From positions 5,330-69,329 of the forward strand of contig JAHJHC010000032.1 of NCBI GenBank assembly GCA_018824145.1: a stretch of 64,000 bases of DNA, in the 5' to 3' direction. The DNA is from Candidatus Omnitrophota bacterium. Its GTDB lineage: Bacteria; Omnitrophota; Gorgyraeia; Gorgyraeales; Gorgyraeaceae. Position 1 is the stretch's first letter. Each line of letters begins with the position of its first letter. The notes beneath the pieces were generated by a model. The model had not been told where the DNA came from. It searched no databases and worked only from the letters and a program-made list of their open reading frames with translations. The position numbers were made by a program, and so were the translations under genes. Shown one piece after another: positions 7,984-22,900 of the stretch.

Positions 7984-10900
7984 TTACTGCATTAGTACAA
8001 TAGGATCTTCAATCCCGCCAATTTTACTTTCAAAAGTCTGCAACACTACATCAACTGTTCCATTTATCGCGTCTGTCTTATTGCGGATCTCTTTTACAGT
8101 AGGTGATTCTGTCAAGGCCTCTTCTAAGATTGTGCCCATATCATACCCTTCCTCACCAGCTAAGGCCTTTATCCTATCCGAGACCTCATTAATTGCATTA
8201 GTGATTACAGCAGTAGGACCTTCTTTCGACATAATCTCAGGCAAAGCATCTACGGAACTCTTAAGATTCTTTAGTGTGAGCGCAATATTTATACTATCAC
8301 CGGAAATCAATACTGCCTCTAATGCCTTTATAGCCTCCAATGCCTTCTTGGCTGCACGTGATGCCTCTGGAGCTGCGGCTGCAAGTCCTGCTACTGTAGT
8401 AATACTCATGGATTCAACCATCCCTGAACCTACCAAGACTGTACCAGTCTGCTGTTCAGTGACCATGTAGGTATAGGCCTTACCAGCAGGGAAGTTTCCG
8501 TCAGCTTCAACCTTTGCTATATACATTCCCGGTGTATCCTGGGTCATAAGTAGCCCTTCTTCAATAGCATCTCCGTCCCAGGCATAAATATATACCTGCG
8601 GCAAGAGATTCGGCAACCCTATACATTGTAGAGTAATAGTATCTCCTGTTAATGCCGGATCAGGAAATACTGCAACACTCCACTCGTATTTTCCAACCAT
8701 ACCTGAACCAGTGACCAGTCCGCCTGTCTCTGATTCTTGGATAATGAAAGAGTATGCTTTACCTGCTTCAAAACTATCATCAGCTTCAAATTCATACACA
8801 TAAACTCCGTCGCTACTCTCTTTCATTATACTACTATAGACAAGGTTACTATTAACATCGTAAATATCAATTACAGGGGCTAACCCAGGTTGACCTTGGC
8901 AGTTTATGGTTACGGTTTCATTGGTCAATACTGGATTAGGGGACACACTAGCACCCCACGAATATTTCAATGCAGTTTCCATAAGGGTTTCACCTGCTTC
9001 TACAGCCATATCAGCACCTTCCTGCAAGTCCTCAATCGCTGATTGTGTCCTTGTCTCAAAACTGGTCAGTGTCATATCAACCATTGCAATCATCTCATCA
9101 GTCTTAGAATCAATAAGGGCTGACTGTTCATTCATCTTTGTCTCAATAGTCTCAGTCTGTGCTGAAACTATATCTACGACTTCATCTGTCTTTTGATCAA
9201 GAAGGATAATCTGTTGATCCATAGAAGCCTGTATCTCGCCGCTAATCACTGACATTGGTTTATCTAACACATAGTCGATCTTATCGTCCATGTTTTCAAG
9301 AGAGTCTTCCATAGATGCCATGGCAGTAGGTATAGTAACAGTGAATGATACAGGCGTTGTGAAGTTACCTCCAGTACCAAGCACAATGTAAGTCTTTACA
9401 GTATATACCTTACCTGCCTGCAAGGTATCATAGGCAGTTCCTCCGGAAGTATGAGATGTCGGAGTCCAGGTCTGTGGGAAAAAACCAGCAAAATCAATAG
9501 GAGTCTGGATTTCACCTGTCTTATAAGTTGCGCAATCTGCTATATTCTCAAACTGGAAGCGTTCCACTTCTTGCTCTAAATCAGGATCCCAACTCGTACC
9601 AAGCCAGATATCAACAGTCGACGGTATATCTTCATAGAAGTAGTGCTTCTCAGGATCCCCTGCTTGCGGTGTATCTTCTTCCTGTACTAAGATTGTCTTT
9701 CTCTTGATCTGTTCAAATCCATCGTAAATCTTTACATCAACAACCAATGCCCCAGGAACCAATGAACCATCTCTTTCCAGCCATGAAGTTATATCCAATC
9801 TGTCAGTCTCTACATCATAAGAAAACTCTGAGTACGCCCTCCAGATATGTACAACCAATGTTTCCATAGTACGGAAAATCTTCCTGTCTCCCCATACTTT
9901 ACCTTCTTCGTCCACTCCGGTAAAATATGTTACTTCAATTGGACCATAATCTTTGTGGGTGAAGGTTGCTGTCCAATTGTCAGCTGTAACATCATGGTTT
10001 TTGGGCGAACTAACACCTGTTGCGTCCCAGCCAGGCCATCCACTTGTTGAGACTTCACTTACTGTCAACCCATTTATATGCTGGTTCGTAATTAAATCTC
10101 GTATATCCCATGTAATCGTATAGTAATCTATCTTCATTGTAGTGGATACACCAGCTGGAAAACCTGGATCAACATATGGACCCTCTATAAATACGTCAGG
10201 GTCATTGTGGTCATATATACGGATCTTTACAGTATCTGAACGATCATTAGCAATCTTCCAGTCAAATGTACCAGTATTATCCCAGTCTAATGCCTGCTGC
10301 CCTAGATCATTTTTAATAAGAATCTGATTGTCAGGCACGCCGTCTGCCGGGTCTATATCCGCGAAATTATCTTTTGAATAGTATATATCTACTTTAGGTA
10401 TAGTACCAAATGTTGTCCAGGTAACTTCACGTACTTCATTTGTAACCCAGCGACACTCATAGTCTAAAACTTCTGCCGGATCCCCGCCTTCTTTCAATGC
10501 TATGGCAGGAGAAGTAAGAGTGAAATCACCCTGAATCTTAAATTCGCCGGAATCGTCATTTACAATGCTCTCCAACAGAGTCCTTGCATCAGCTACTTTT
10601 ATCACGCAGGTAGGTGAGATATAATCCTCTACTATCCATGTGAATGAATGCGTTGCACCCGGATTCTGAGGATCATATACACCGTTGGTTACGATACCTG
10701 TATTAGCAGTGCCAGGATCATTATCTTCATCTATAGGAACAAACGGGCCTCCTACACCGTTCTGCGATATGGTTATCTTCACCTGCGGCATTGTTCCGCC
10801 CCATTCCCATGTAATGTCGTGAGAACTGGCAACTGCCCATTTTTCATCTGCAACAGGTGCATGAGTTATTATATAACCTATTATCTCAAAACTTTGGCTT

Positions 10901-13900
10901 TCGCCTATAATATCTGTCTGATCACCTACTGGAGAGGTTCCGTCTCTTGCATCAGCTACTCTGATAATAACATTTGCACTCGCCTCATCAGGAACCGTCC
11001 ATGTGAAAGTATGCTCTGCGCCTGGTCCGCCTGCGCCTGCGCCGTTAGTTACTAAGCCGGTATTTGCAGTACCAGGGTCATTGTCCTCGTCTACAGGATT
11101 AAAAGGCCCTGTAAGTCCATTGGTAGAATAAGTAATCTCAACTTCAGGAATAGTCCCTACCCAATTCCATTTTATATCCTTATCCTGTCCTATTTCCCAA
11201 GAAGGACCTCCTACAGGTGCATTAATCGTAATCTCACCCATGATCCTGAATAAGCCTGATGTATCAACTGCATCTGAATCCAATGAACTTTCTACGCGCA
11301 GTTTTACAGTATCCCTGGCAATATCATCAGGTACTGTCCAGTCAAATGAACCTCCACTTGCTCCATTAGCCACTATACCAGTATCTGCAGTCTGAGGATC
11401 ATTATCTTCATCTATAGGATCGAATGGTCCTGTATCACCGTTTAAAGAATATGTTATCTTTACATCCGTTACTGTACCGGTATTAGTCCAGGTAATTTGG
11501 TACGAATCACCAACAACCAGGTCCTGGCCCGTAATATTAGGATCTATTGTAAACTTGGCGCTGATCTTTGCATACGGTGCTGTAGTAAAGCTGTTTCGGT
11601 TCGGAAAACCAGTTTGCGCATTAACAGTATGAGGTGCAACACCATAACAATCTGAATCGTCATTGGATTCTACCTTGATCTTTAACTGGCTAGAAATGAT
11701 ATCAGGAACCTTTGGTACCCATAACCATTCTTCGTCTGTCGCAGGAGTTGAACTTCCTGATATAGCTGTCCATGAACTACCGCCGGTGAGAGAATAATAC
11801 ATAGTCACGTTGCCAAGAGTAGGCACTGTTGTATCTGTAATTGTCCACGTGATATATCTATTGGTATCATTAACAAACCACTGTTCATCACTCACTGGAG
11901 AAGTAACAATTATATCAGGCATAATTTTGAATGGACTAGCTGAATCCTTATAAGCATCTGTATCAGTCGGATCATCATAATTCGGATCTTCTACCCGCAT
12001 TATGAGCCCCATGTTATCTGTAATCAACCTATAATCAAGCGTAGTAGGTATGGTCCAGTCATAAATGCCTGCAGTACCAGATGACGGTTGAACACCAATC
12101 ACATACTTTATTGTAGGATTGGCTTGTAGATACACAGTGAGTTTTACTGCTTCCTGGGTCCTCGCTGTATCAGAATATGTTATACCTGTCTTAGTCCAGG
12201 AGATAGTCTCAGTATGTCCCAGAATCCATTTCTGTCCGCCATTAGGTGAAATACTAGTAAAGTTGACCCGGATAGTGAACGCATCAGAGATATCATAGAC
12301 ATCTGGATCATCATGTTTAGAGATACGGATTCTCATACTTTCAAATCCGACTGCCTCCGGCGGTATATTCCAGCCAAAATTACCTACGCTCCCGACAAAT
12401 TGCTCGGACGAGGTTATAACCTTTATATCCGTCGGGTCCTGCGGATCGCCAGGATCAGTAAAGTCCGGATTATTATATGCATATTCTATTTTGACTTTAT
12501 CAAAACTACTCGGGCCGTATCTCGTCCATTTGATAGTCCCCTGAGTACCAGCCTCCCAGACATATCCAGTCTCCGGTTCCTCAACCACAACCCTTGCCAT
12601 AATCTTAAACGGATTATCTGTTACATCTTTGACATCCGGAAATGCTGTATTATGGTCTTTTACCCGTATAAGCACATTCTCTGCAGTTAAAGTTATTGGT
12701 ATATCCCACGGATATTCTTTAGCACCGCTATTACTATAATTGGTTATTATATCTACCCAATCATTAGGATTGGATGGCGGTGTTGAACCAAGGTAATAAG
12801 CTATGTCTACATTAGTAATATTACCCTGCGAAGTCCATTTTACATAATGAGTTAAATCACATCCCCATTTTTCCATGTCAAGAAAATCAGGTGCTGTACC
12901 GCCATTGGGTTCAGTTACAGTAATTGTACCTTGTATAGTGAAGTCAACTGAAGTATCAAAACAATATGCAGAGTAAGTAGCATTCGCATCAGAGACACGG
13001 ATCCTATAGGTATGTGTAAGGTCTATACTATTAGGGATCGGCCAATCATAACTATTAGTAGCATCATTGGTAATCCCTGATATAACTGTCCCTGGCCATG
13101 TGTCATACGGAGCATCTTTCTTATATTTAATATCTACTGAAGTTGCTATATCTTCAGAGGTCCAAGTTACAGCATGCGTATTACCGGCTATCCACGGCAC
13201 TGTTCCGTCAGGAGTTAGTACAGTGATGTTATCTATTATCCAGAATGCTGTATCTGATTCATCCTTTACTAATTCTTGAGGATCGCTGGGATCCTTAAGC
13301 CGGATAAAGCAGTTAGTTGATCTACCTTTATCAGTAGGCACTGACCAGGAGTATTCTGTAGCACCTTCCACATAAGTCATATATTCATAATTTTCTTCTA
13401 CGTCCCCTGTTGTAGATAAGTAAATATCCACTCTGGAAATCGGACCGATCATAGTCCATATAATCTTTGAATCCTGATCAAATTGACCTGCCTTCAATTT
13501 GCTGCTAGAGTCATTAGGCTGCGTTACTGTTAACTGTCCGTGTACAGTAAACGGAGCTGATTCAGTAGTAGCACTGGAATCCTGTGCGTCACTTATTTTA
13601 ATCTGTGCCTCGTAACTTATTGCATTAGGAACTGTCCAAGGATATTGATTATTATTACTTATGGTTGAGCCGTCATTTACAAAATCAAAGTTATCCTGAT
13701 CATCTAAGCGGTATCGTATATACACATTGAGAATGGTACCTTTTGTGGTCCATTCTATAGTCTTTGCACTATTAGCCAGCCACCTGTCAGTTGAAATTGG
13801 ATGTAAGAATGTGAATCCGCCCCGCACAATGAACTCGGGTGAAAAACCTGTTACAAAAGATTTTTGATTCGTATCTTTTATCCTTATTATTGTATGCGTA

Positions 13901-16900
13901 CTGGCTACAGTAGTTACTGAATTCCAAGTATATGTGTTTGCATCCTGAGATACTGCCAAAGAAGGTTCAATTTCTGTCCAGGGCCCGGATAGACCATTAC
14001 TAGAAAATTCTATCTTAACATTAGTTATAGCGCCGGAAACCGTAAAGTTAATATCTTCCTGCTCCTGGCAAATCCACGGGTCTCCTGCTTGAGGCCGCGT
14101 AACTACTATATTAGCAATCTTAAAAACAGGCGAAGTATTTGTCACTTCATTATACAATTCATCTGTCACACGCACTACTACATTACTACTAATTGTAGGA
14201 GGTACGGTCCAGGGATAGGATTGGTCACTGGCAGTAATATCCGTATCAATGGTTATCCAATCTACGCCAGTACCTACACCGTCATAATCATAGTCTAATG
14301 TTACCTCAGGTATCGGCCCTGTTGTTGTCCAGGTAATATTCTTCTGCGCGCCGGAATCCCAAACCTGATCCAGCTGCGGGCTGGTAATCAAGAGCTTACC
14401 TCTTACGTAGAAAAAGTCTGAAACAGCCGCTATAGTAGGCTTTGTAGCGTCTGAATTAACTATCCTGACTTTCACTGAATCGCTTATGACGCTGGGAACG
14501 CTCCAGGTAGTTGAATTCTCTGTTAAATCCTCTCCGTCAGTAATATACTGATATGCACCGCCATTTATCGTAGGTTCTGACCACAATACGTCAACAAGTG
14601 GGATATTGCCTGTCTTGGTCCAGGAAATTGTCTTCTGATCCAATACATACCAGGTTTCTCCGCCTACTGGTGCACCAAGGACTATCTTACCTGTTATAGT
14701 GAAATTACCTGACTCATCTTTTACGTCATTAGGCTTGGTAGTATCTGCTATCCTGACATTGATCTCGTCAGACATCTGATCCGGGATCTTCCAGGTGAAA
14801 CTACCGTCTGAGGCAGAAATATTACTTGCCTGGCCTACAGGATCAACCTGCGGGTCTTCCCCTGCTGCCCAACCTAGTACCCAGCCAAAATCTCCGCCAG
14901 CTACTGAATATTCAATATTTACATTATTTACAACGCCTGTTACTGTCCACTCTATATCGTGATTATCATTTACTACCCATGCATCACTGGTAGTAGGACT
15001 GTCAAGGGTTATCTTTGCCCTTACCTCAAACGAGTTAGATGTATGTTTTGCATCTGCGTTATCCGGATCACTGATCTTTACCAAACACGTAGTTGATGCA
15101 ACATCACTCGGTACAGTCCATGAATAAGCACCTGAATTGGAAACAAACCCTGTACCGGGATTTCCAGCGCTTACATAGTCAATATTACGCCAAGCACCGC
15201 CATTATTGCTTGAGAATTCAAGTTTCGCAATAAGTATATCAGCTCCGTTTGGCGTCCAGGTTATGGTGCGACCTGAAGCGGAAATAACATAAGCTGGTAT
15301 AGCGTCTAACACAAATCCGCCCCTGATCTTAAAGGGAACTGATTCGTCTTCTACTTTATCAACAGCTGTCTCAGTATCCTCATCTGTTATCTTGATCTTG
15401 ACACTTTCAGATACGTGATCAGGTATTGATGACCAAGTATAGGATTGACCTGATGCTGCTACAGGCATATTTGAGGCATCTACCAGATCATATCCCTGGC
15501 CATAGTCATAGTAGATGTTTACGAGCCCTATACTTCCTGTATAGGACCAGGTGATGTTCTTATCTGTTGTCCCGACTTCCCAATTAGAATTTGAATCAGG
15601 TTTTACTACAGTTATGCTGCCTATAATGTCAAAACTCGGAGAATCGCCGTAAACACTGGAATTGACGTTATCAACTACTCTAACCACTACGTCATCACTT
15701 ATGGCATCAGGAATATTATCCCATGTGTAATCACTGGTAGCATCTACATTACCGGATACATCCAGGTCTTCAAACGAGCCGCCGTCTACACTGTAGTATA
15801 ACTTCACATAGCTAACCTGTTCAGAACCATTTAGGCTCCAGGAAATAGTGTGTCCATCTGAAAGGACCACTAAATTGCTGTCTTCTACAGGTTGTGAAAC
15901 TGTTATTACAGGCCTTATAGAGAATGGATATGTTGATACGCTATAGACATCAGTGGCTGCACCAGTATGATGCAGAGTATCTGATACTTTTATATAGCAG
16001 TTTTCTGAATTTTCGTCTTCTACTGTCCATTGATATGTATTGGAGCCATCTCCGTAAGCACCTCCGCCGTCATGATCCAGTATAATATCAATGTAATTCC
16101 CACCAGCTGAGGTCTTATATTGTATATCTACATTAGTCACGTCACCTATAGCTGTCCATGTAATATTTTTACTTTGACCTTTAAGCCAAATCGGTTTTGG
16201 AGTTTGCGAATCAGGGGCAGTGACATCCAATGAACCTACGAATTTAATATTATAGGGAACTACTGCCTTCACATCAGAATCATATTCGTGGCTGATTCTG
16301 ATCTTCACCTGATCATCTATGTCATTAGGCACGGTAAATGGATACACCCTTCTGACACCATGCGCAGAGTTAGCCACTGAAGTGAAATAATTAGTCTCCA
16401 GTTCATCCGCAAATGCATTTGTAGAGTATTCTATCTTAATCGGCCCGAATGTCCCTGTGGGTGTCCATTCAATATCATACGAAGTATTAACTGACCACAT
16501 AAGACCGCTCTCTATAGGAGACTCCCAAACAATGTCACCTTCTATCTCAAACGCCTCTGAATCATCAGTTACTTCTGTATTATCCACATCAGTTATCCTT
16601 ACTATAGCTGCCTTAGTATCATCAGTGATAGAATCAATCGCAGGGGCCCATAGATTATATGAACTAGACCCATACTCAAAATCCACTGTTGCTATATTTG
16701 TCCACGGTGCAGATCCGGTCTTGGAGAATTGAATTATCACATCACCCATATCTGCTGTCCCTAATGTAGTCCATTCTATAGTAAAGGCAGTTCCTACTGT
16801 CAATACATCCGTTGTCTCAGGTTCTGTAACAGTAATGCCGCTTTTCATCATGAAGCTATCAGACTCACCACATGCAGCTGCCAATGAAGCATCTGCTACC

Positions 16901-19900
16901 TTGATCATTGCCTGATCTTTAGTCAAAATATCTTCATCAGTAGGAATTGTCCAAGGATACGAAACAGGAGGCGTAGCAGTATATGAAGAGTTAATTACAT
17001 ATCCTCCGTACGGAGGATACGTTACTCCGTCGTCATTAGAATATACTATTTCGAATACATTAGGCGAACCTACTGTACCTATAAGACCTGTTACATTCCA
17101 CTCAATAAGATTACCTGAAGTCCCAATAACCCATTTGTCATTTGAGTCAGGTGAAGTAACAGTTATTACTGCGCGTATCTCAAATGTAGCTGATAGGTCT
17201 ACTGCTGCAGCATTGTCAGGATCACTAATTTTAAATTGGCAGGCAACAGACTTAACATCTGTAGGCACACTCCATGAACAGCTCTCTGAGTTTGTTACAA
17301 GACCCGTATGACCGGTGGGATTAGTCTTGTAGTCAATATCGTGCCATGTAGTACCGTCAAAAAATTCAAGTTTTGCAATAGGAATCTGTCCCTGCAGGTC
17401 ATAATTTTCCCATTTAATAGTATATGGATCACCTGCTGAAAGCGTTGTAGGAAGCAGAGCATCATTGATGTCAAAGTTTCCTGCAATATGGAATGTCGGG
17501 GACTCGTATTTCGTATATGTTTGACGATCCGTATCAACATCCTGGATCATAATCTGAGTAGTTAGAGTAATATGAGGTCCGACACCGTCTATACCAGCAT
17601 CCGGATCATCAAATGTCCACGTATCAGGAGAACCTGGTACAGTACTCTCAGTCTTAAGGTATTGATAGCCCTCACCGTCATCATAATCTATAAGTATATC
17701 CACACTGGTCAATTGATTACCGTATGCTGTCCAGTTAACTGTCTTATTAGTCTCTCCTACAAACCAGTTAGCATCCTGGGCAGGAGATAAACCATAGACA
17801 ATCCTTCCAAGTACGCGGAACGGAGATGAATCTCCGTATACCTTGTCCTCGAATCCAGTATCTTTATCTCTTACTCTTATCACTGCCTGGTTATAGCTTA
17901 ATTGCAGCGGGGCAGTTATAGCTGAACAGGTTTCTTCGGTATTAACATTATCCAAAAGCAATGTACCGGGAAGCCCGCCTGTTCCTGTAGATGAATAGTA
18001 GATCTGCACAGTAGATATAAGATTATCGTCGGATATAATATCTTCTGTCCAGGTCACTGTCTGATTCTCTAATCCAGCCCTCCATATAGGCGGATTAGAA
18101 CCTTCGTCACCAGCTGAAGGAGTAATGGTTACTCCGCTTATTGTCGGGTATGCACTGAATGTACCTGCTGATTCACCTTCTGCCTTTGGCGAAGTCTGTG
18201 CGTCTCTTATCCGAATCGTGCAATTGTTGCTTTTAACATCAGGTATTTGTGGTACGTTATAGGTCTCTATATTACCGTCTCCTACTGTGGCTGTGCCGCC
18301 CACAGCTAAATTATGCTCTGTTGTTCCATCATAGAGATAGATATATACTGTACTCATGGTATCTCCATAAGCACGCCATTTGACCTGTCTATTTGTATCT
18401 CCTACATTCCAGTCTATATCAAACGGCGCATAGTCTACTGTCGGAGTAAGTACAGTTATCTTACCTCGTATGTACATTGCGACTGAGGCAGCGCTTATTA
18501 CACTGCTATAATCTGTCTCATTCGCATCTCTCACCTTAAATTTAGTCGTATCCGTAAGATCAGCTGTTACCGGTATGGTCCACTGGTAAGTACCGCTTCC
18601 TACTGGGGTTGCAACTCCATTAAATGCACTTACATTAAACGGATCCAGATTTGTATCAACTGTATATTCATCTCCTGTAAAATTCCCTGAAGGAGATGCA
18701 ATGATCTTTACCTTATTTATCTCACCATGGTTTACATCCCATGATATGGCCTTTTGTTCTGTTATCCTCCAGGTAGTTGTCGTAGCAGGTGCGGTTAAGG
18801 TAAGAGCACCTCTTACCTTAAAGGCATCGCTTAGTACAAATGTCCCGTCAGTACCGGACTTTTCATAATTTGTATCTTCTATTAAAATCTTATAGTTTGG
18901 TATAAGTGGTGTTTCTGGAATTATCCATGCTGAGGCAAGTGACTGCTGTAAAGCCGCAGTTGTTGAAAATGTGCGGTCAGCAACTATTACATTCGAGAAG
19001 GTCACACCGTCTGTCGCATATTTTACACTCACTGCATTTATACGGCCATCCCTCTGCCAGGTTATCTGCGTACTATCTCTACCTACAAATCCACTGGCTA
19101 ATGTACCTGCAGTCGGAGTAATTATAGTCAGCTGTCCTTTTACTATGAAATCCAATGATTCATCTACGACATATGTGCCGAATGTTGAGGTATCTTCTAT
19201 CTTTATAAGTGAATCATCACCAGCATCCACCCTTGTTATATAATCCCCTGTTGCTGGATTTGTCGGGATAGTCCAATCGTATGAACCCTGGTTCGGAATA
19301 GTATCATCACCATCTGCATCACCGTCACCATCATCATCTTCAGCAGCCATTGAAGCAACTAGCTCTGTCCAGCCACCCCCTGTGTCTCTGGAATATGATA
19401 TCTTTACATTAGTTACAGGACCGTACACATCCCATGAAACAGTATTTGCTGTTGCGCCGTCTGCTGTCCAAATATCACCTTGACTAGGTGCAGTAACTTC
19501 TACATTACCGCATATCACAAATTCATTCGATTCTTTTGCTGTACTCGGTTGAAGCGGCGTACTTGCTGTAATCCTGAACTTTATATCTTCTGCAGCAAGA
19601 TTTAAAGGTATTGGATTATCATGTGCACCAGTCGTATCCCATGTATATGTGTTCTCATTAGCTACTCCTGAACCATGTTTATTGTTAGCAACTCCATCCT
19701 TTATCAATAACCATTCTCCACTGGCACCTGAATCTTTATTCCAGTATTCCAGTTTTACCGCGGAAACACTGTCACCGATTGTATTCCATTTGATTACAAA
19801 GGACGGCGTCAATGAATCTACATGGAAAGGCTCTCCTCCTGTTGGATATGCGAATGTAAAGGAAGAAGTTATCTTAAATGCATCTGATGTAGTAGTAGTT

Positions 19901-22900
19901 GCATCTTCATAAGCGCTGTCACCATCCTGGATCCTTACCTGTACATTGTTTCCAACTTCATTAGGAACGCCATCCGGATCCCATACGCCACCAGCTGATG
20001 CAGGATTATATCCTGCTACGCCGTCATCTACGTCAACATTCGCTTTTAAAAGCACTTCAGGATCGCCTGTGCCATAACCGTCATAATCAATATATATATC
20101 TACTGCTGTTAGATTTCCGTCATAGTGCCACTTTATAAGCTTATCAGTCGCACCTACAGGCCAGTTATGAGCACTATCAGGTTCATCTATATAAATCTTA
20201 CCTGCTACCCTGAAATTAGTAGCTGTCATTGCATTTATATAATCATCAAAATTAGAGTCCGCATCCCTGACTGCGATACGTCCCTGGGTGGTTTTATTAG
20301 TCGCTACTGTAATAGTATTACAGCTGCCCTGGGCTGTAGACCAGTTATCTACTATAGGTGTATCAGTTTCAAAGTTAAATCCGCCTGTTCCAGTAGCACT
20401 GTAATATATATCTACTGTTGTGAGCTTTGAACTTGTCTCTGTCCAGGTAACTGTCTGGTTCTCGGAATCAGATACCCATACTCCGGCTATATTAGGTGGA
20501 TTCGTCGGTGTTATTGCTACACTACTGATAGTCGGATACGCACTAAATGTACCTGACTCTCCTTCTGCATTAGGCGAAACAGCAGCATCTCTTATTCGAA
20601 TCGTACAATTATGGCTCTTTACATCCGGGACTGAAGGTACATTATAAGTCTCTATGTTGCCGTTTCCAACAGTAGATGTACCGCCTACAGCTAAATCATA
20701 CTCGGTAGTCCCATCATATAGATAAATATATACTGTACTCATGGTATCCCCATACGAACGGAACTGTACCTGTTTATCAGCCTCTCCTACCTTCCAGTCC
20801 ACACCAAACGGTGCATAATCTACGGAAGGTGTAAGTACAGTTATCTTACCTCGTATATACATTACTACTGATGCAGTACTTATTACGTCTGCAAAGTCTG
20901 TCTCATTGGCATCCCGAACTTTGAATTTAGTCGTATCAGTAAGGTCAGCTGTTACAGGTATTGTCCATGGGTAACTACCGCTTCCTACAGGAGTAGCTGC
21001 TGCACTAAATGCACTTACGTTAAATGGGTCAAGATTTGTATCAACCGTATATTCGTCCCCTGTGAAATTGCCGGAAGGAGATGCAATGATCTTTACCTTA
21101 TTTATCTGGCCATGGTCCACATCCCAGGATATGGTCTTCTGTTCAGTTATCCTCCAGGTAGTTGTAGTTGAAGGAGCGGTTATAGAAAGCGCACCTTTTA
21201 CTGTGAATGTATTACTTAATATATAGGTACCGTCTGTGCCTGATTTTTCATAATTTGTATCTTCTATTAAAATCTTATAATTAGGTGTAAGCGGGGTCTC
21301 GGGTACTATCCATGCTGAGGCAAGTGATTGCTGTGTAGCTGCAGTAGTGGCAAATGTCCGGTCAGCTGCTATCACATTGGAGAAAGTAACCCCGTCTGTT
21401 GCATACTTTACATTAACTGCATTGATACGGCCATCTCTTTGCCATGTAATCTGTGTCGAGTCTCTTCCTACAAACCCGCTAGCCAGTGTACCTGCTGTAG
21501 GCGCAATTATCGTCAGCTGTCCTTTTACTATAAAATCTAACGACTCATCATTGACGTACGTGCCATAAGTAGCAGATGCATCTTCGACCTTTATATATGA
21601 AACATCAGCTGCATCTACTCTCGTAATAAAGTCTCCTGAAGCAGGATTAACAGGGATGGTCCACTGGTATGCGCCTTTATTTGCCTGAGCATCTCCTGCC
21701 TCTGCTAACTGGGTCGGTACTATTACTGTATAACCAACGCCGCTATCTCTGGAATACGATATTTTAGCATTAGTTACAGGTCCGTATACATCCCATGAAA
21801 TCGTATTTGCTGTTGCACCATCTGCTACCCAAATCTCACCCTGTTCCGGCGCAGTCACATCCAAAGTCCCGCAAATAACGAATTCCTCTGACTCTAATTC
21901 CGTAGCAGGATGATTGGGTACGACTGATGTAATCCTGAATTTAATGTCAGTCGCAGCATAATTTACAGGAAGAGGTGTCGAAGAAGCAGGGCCCCAATCA
22001 TATGTATTGACCTGAACACCATCGCCATAGTTATTATCGACATTCCCGTCTATAAGCGTCCAGCCATTTACGTTGTGATAATATTCAAGTTTTACCTTGG
22101 ATACGTCAGACCCTGTTGTCTTCCATTGAATCTGTAACGGGCTCGGGCTGGTATCATCATCTATATGGAATGTCTCTCCGCCTAACGGATAAGCAAATTC
22201 AAATGAACCAATAATATTAAATGCAGGCGAAAGGTATTGTGTATAAGCCTTTCGGTCTGTATCAACATCTTCTATCCTTACTGTAACATTTTCCGCAGCA
22301 TAGTCACCCACGCCATCTACACCCGTATCTATATCATCATAAGTCCATGAATCAGGAGATTCAGGGACAGTATCTTCTGTCTTCTGATAGATATAGCTGC
22401 TCCCATAATCAATATAGATATCCACCTGAGTAAGCTGATCTCCATATGCTGTCCAGTTAATTAATTTATCCACAGCTCCTATTCCCCAGTTGGCACCTAG
22501 AGAAGGAGATGCACCATAAACTACCCGGCCTAAGACACTGAACACCTCTGTAGAATCTCCGTATACCTTATTTTCAAAACCTGTGTCATTATCCTGGACA
22601 CGGATCTTTGCACTCTGAAAACTCAAGTTTGTCGGAGCAGTAATAGTCGCACAGCTCTCATGCGTCAAGACATCTTCTTTGATTGTTACAGCATCAGCAA
22701 ATGTCCCTGCCTTACTGTATACAATATCAACTGTGTCTACTAGGGTATCATCTGATATATCATTTTCTGTCCACGTTACTGTCTGGTTGGCTAATTTAGC
22801 CCTCCATATAGTATGGTCTTTAGCTTCGTCGCCGACTGAAGGAACTATATCTACATTAGTTATTGTAGGATACACATAAAATGTCCCTGAAGTCTCTGAA

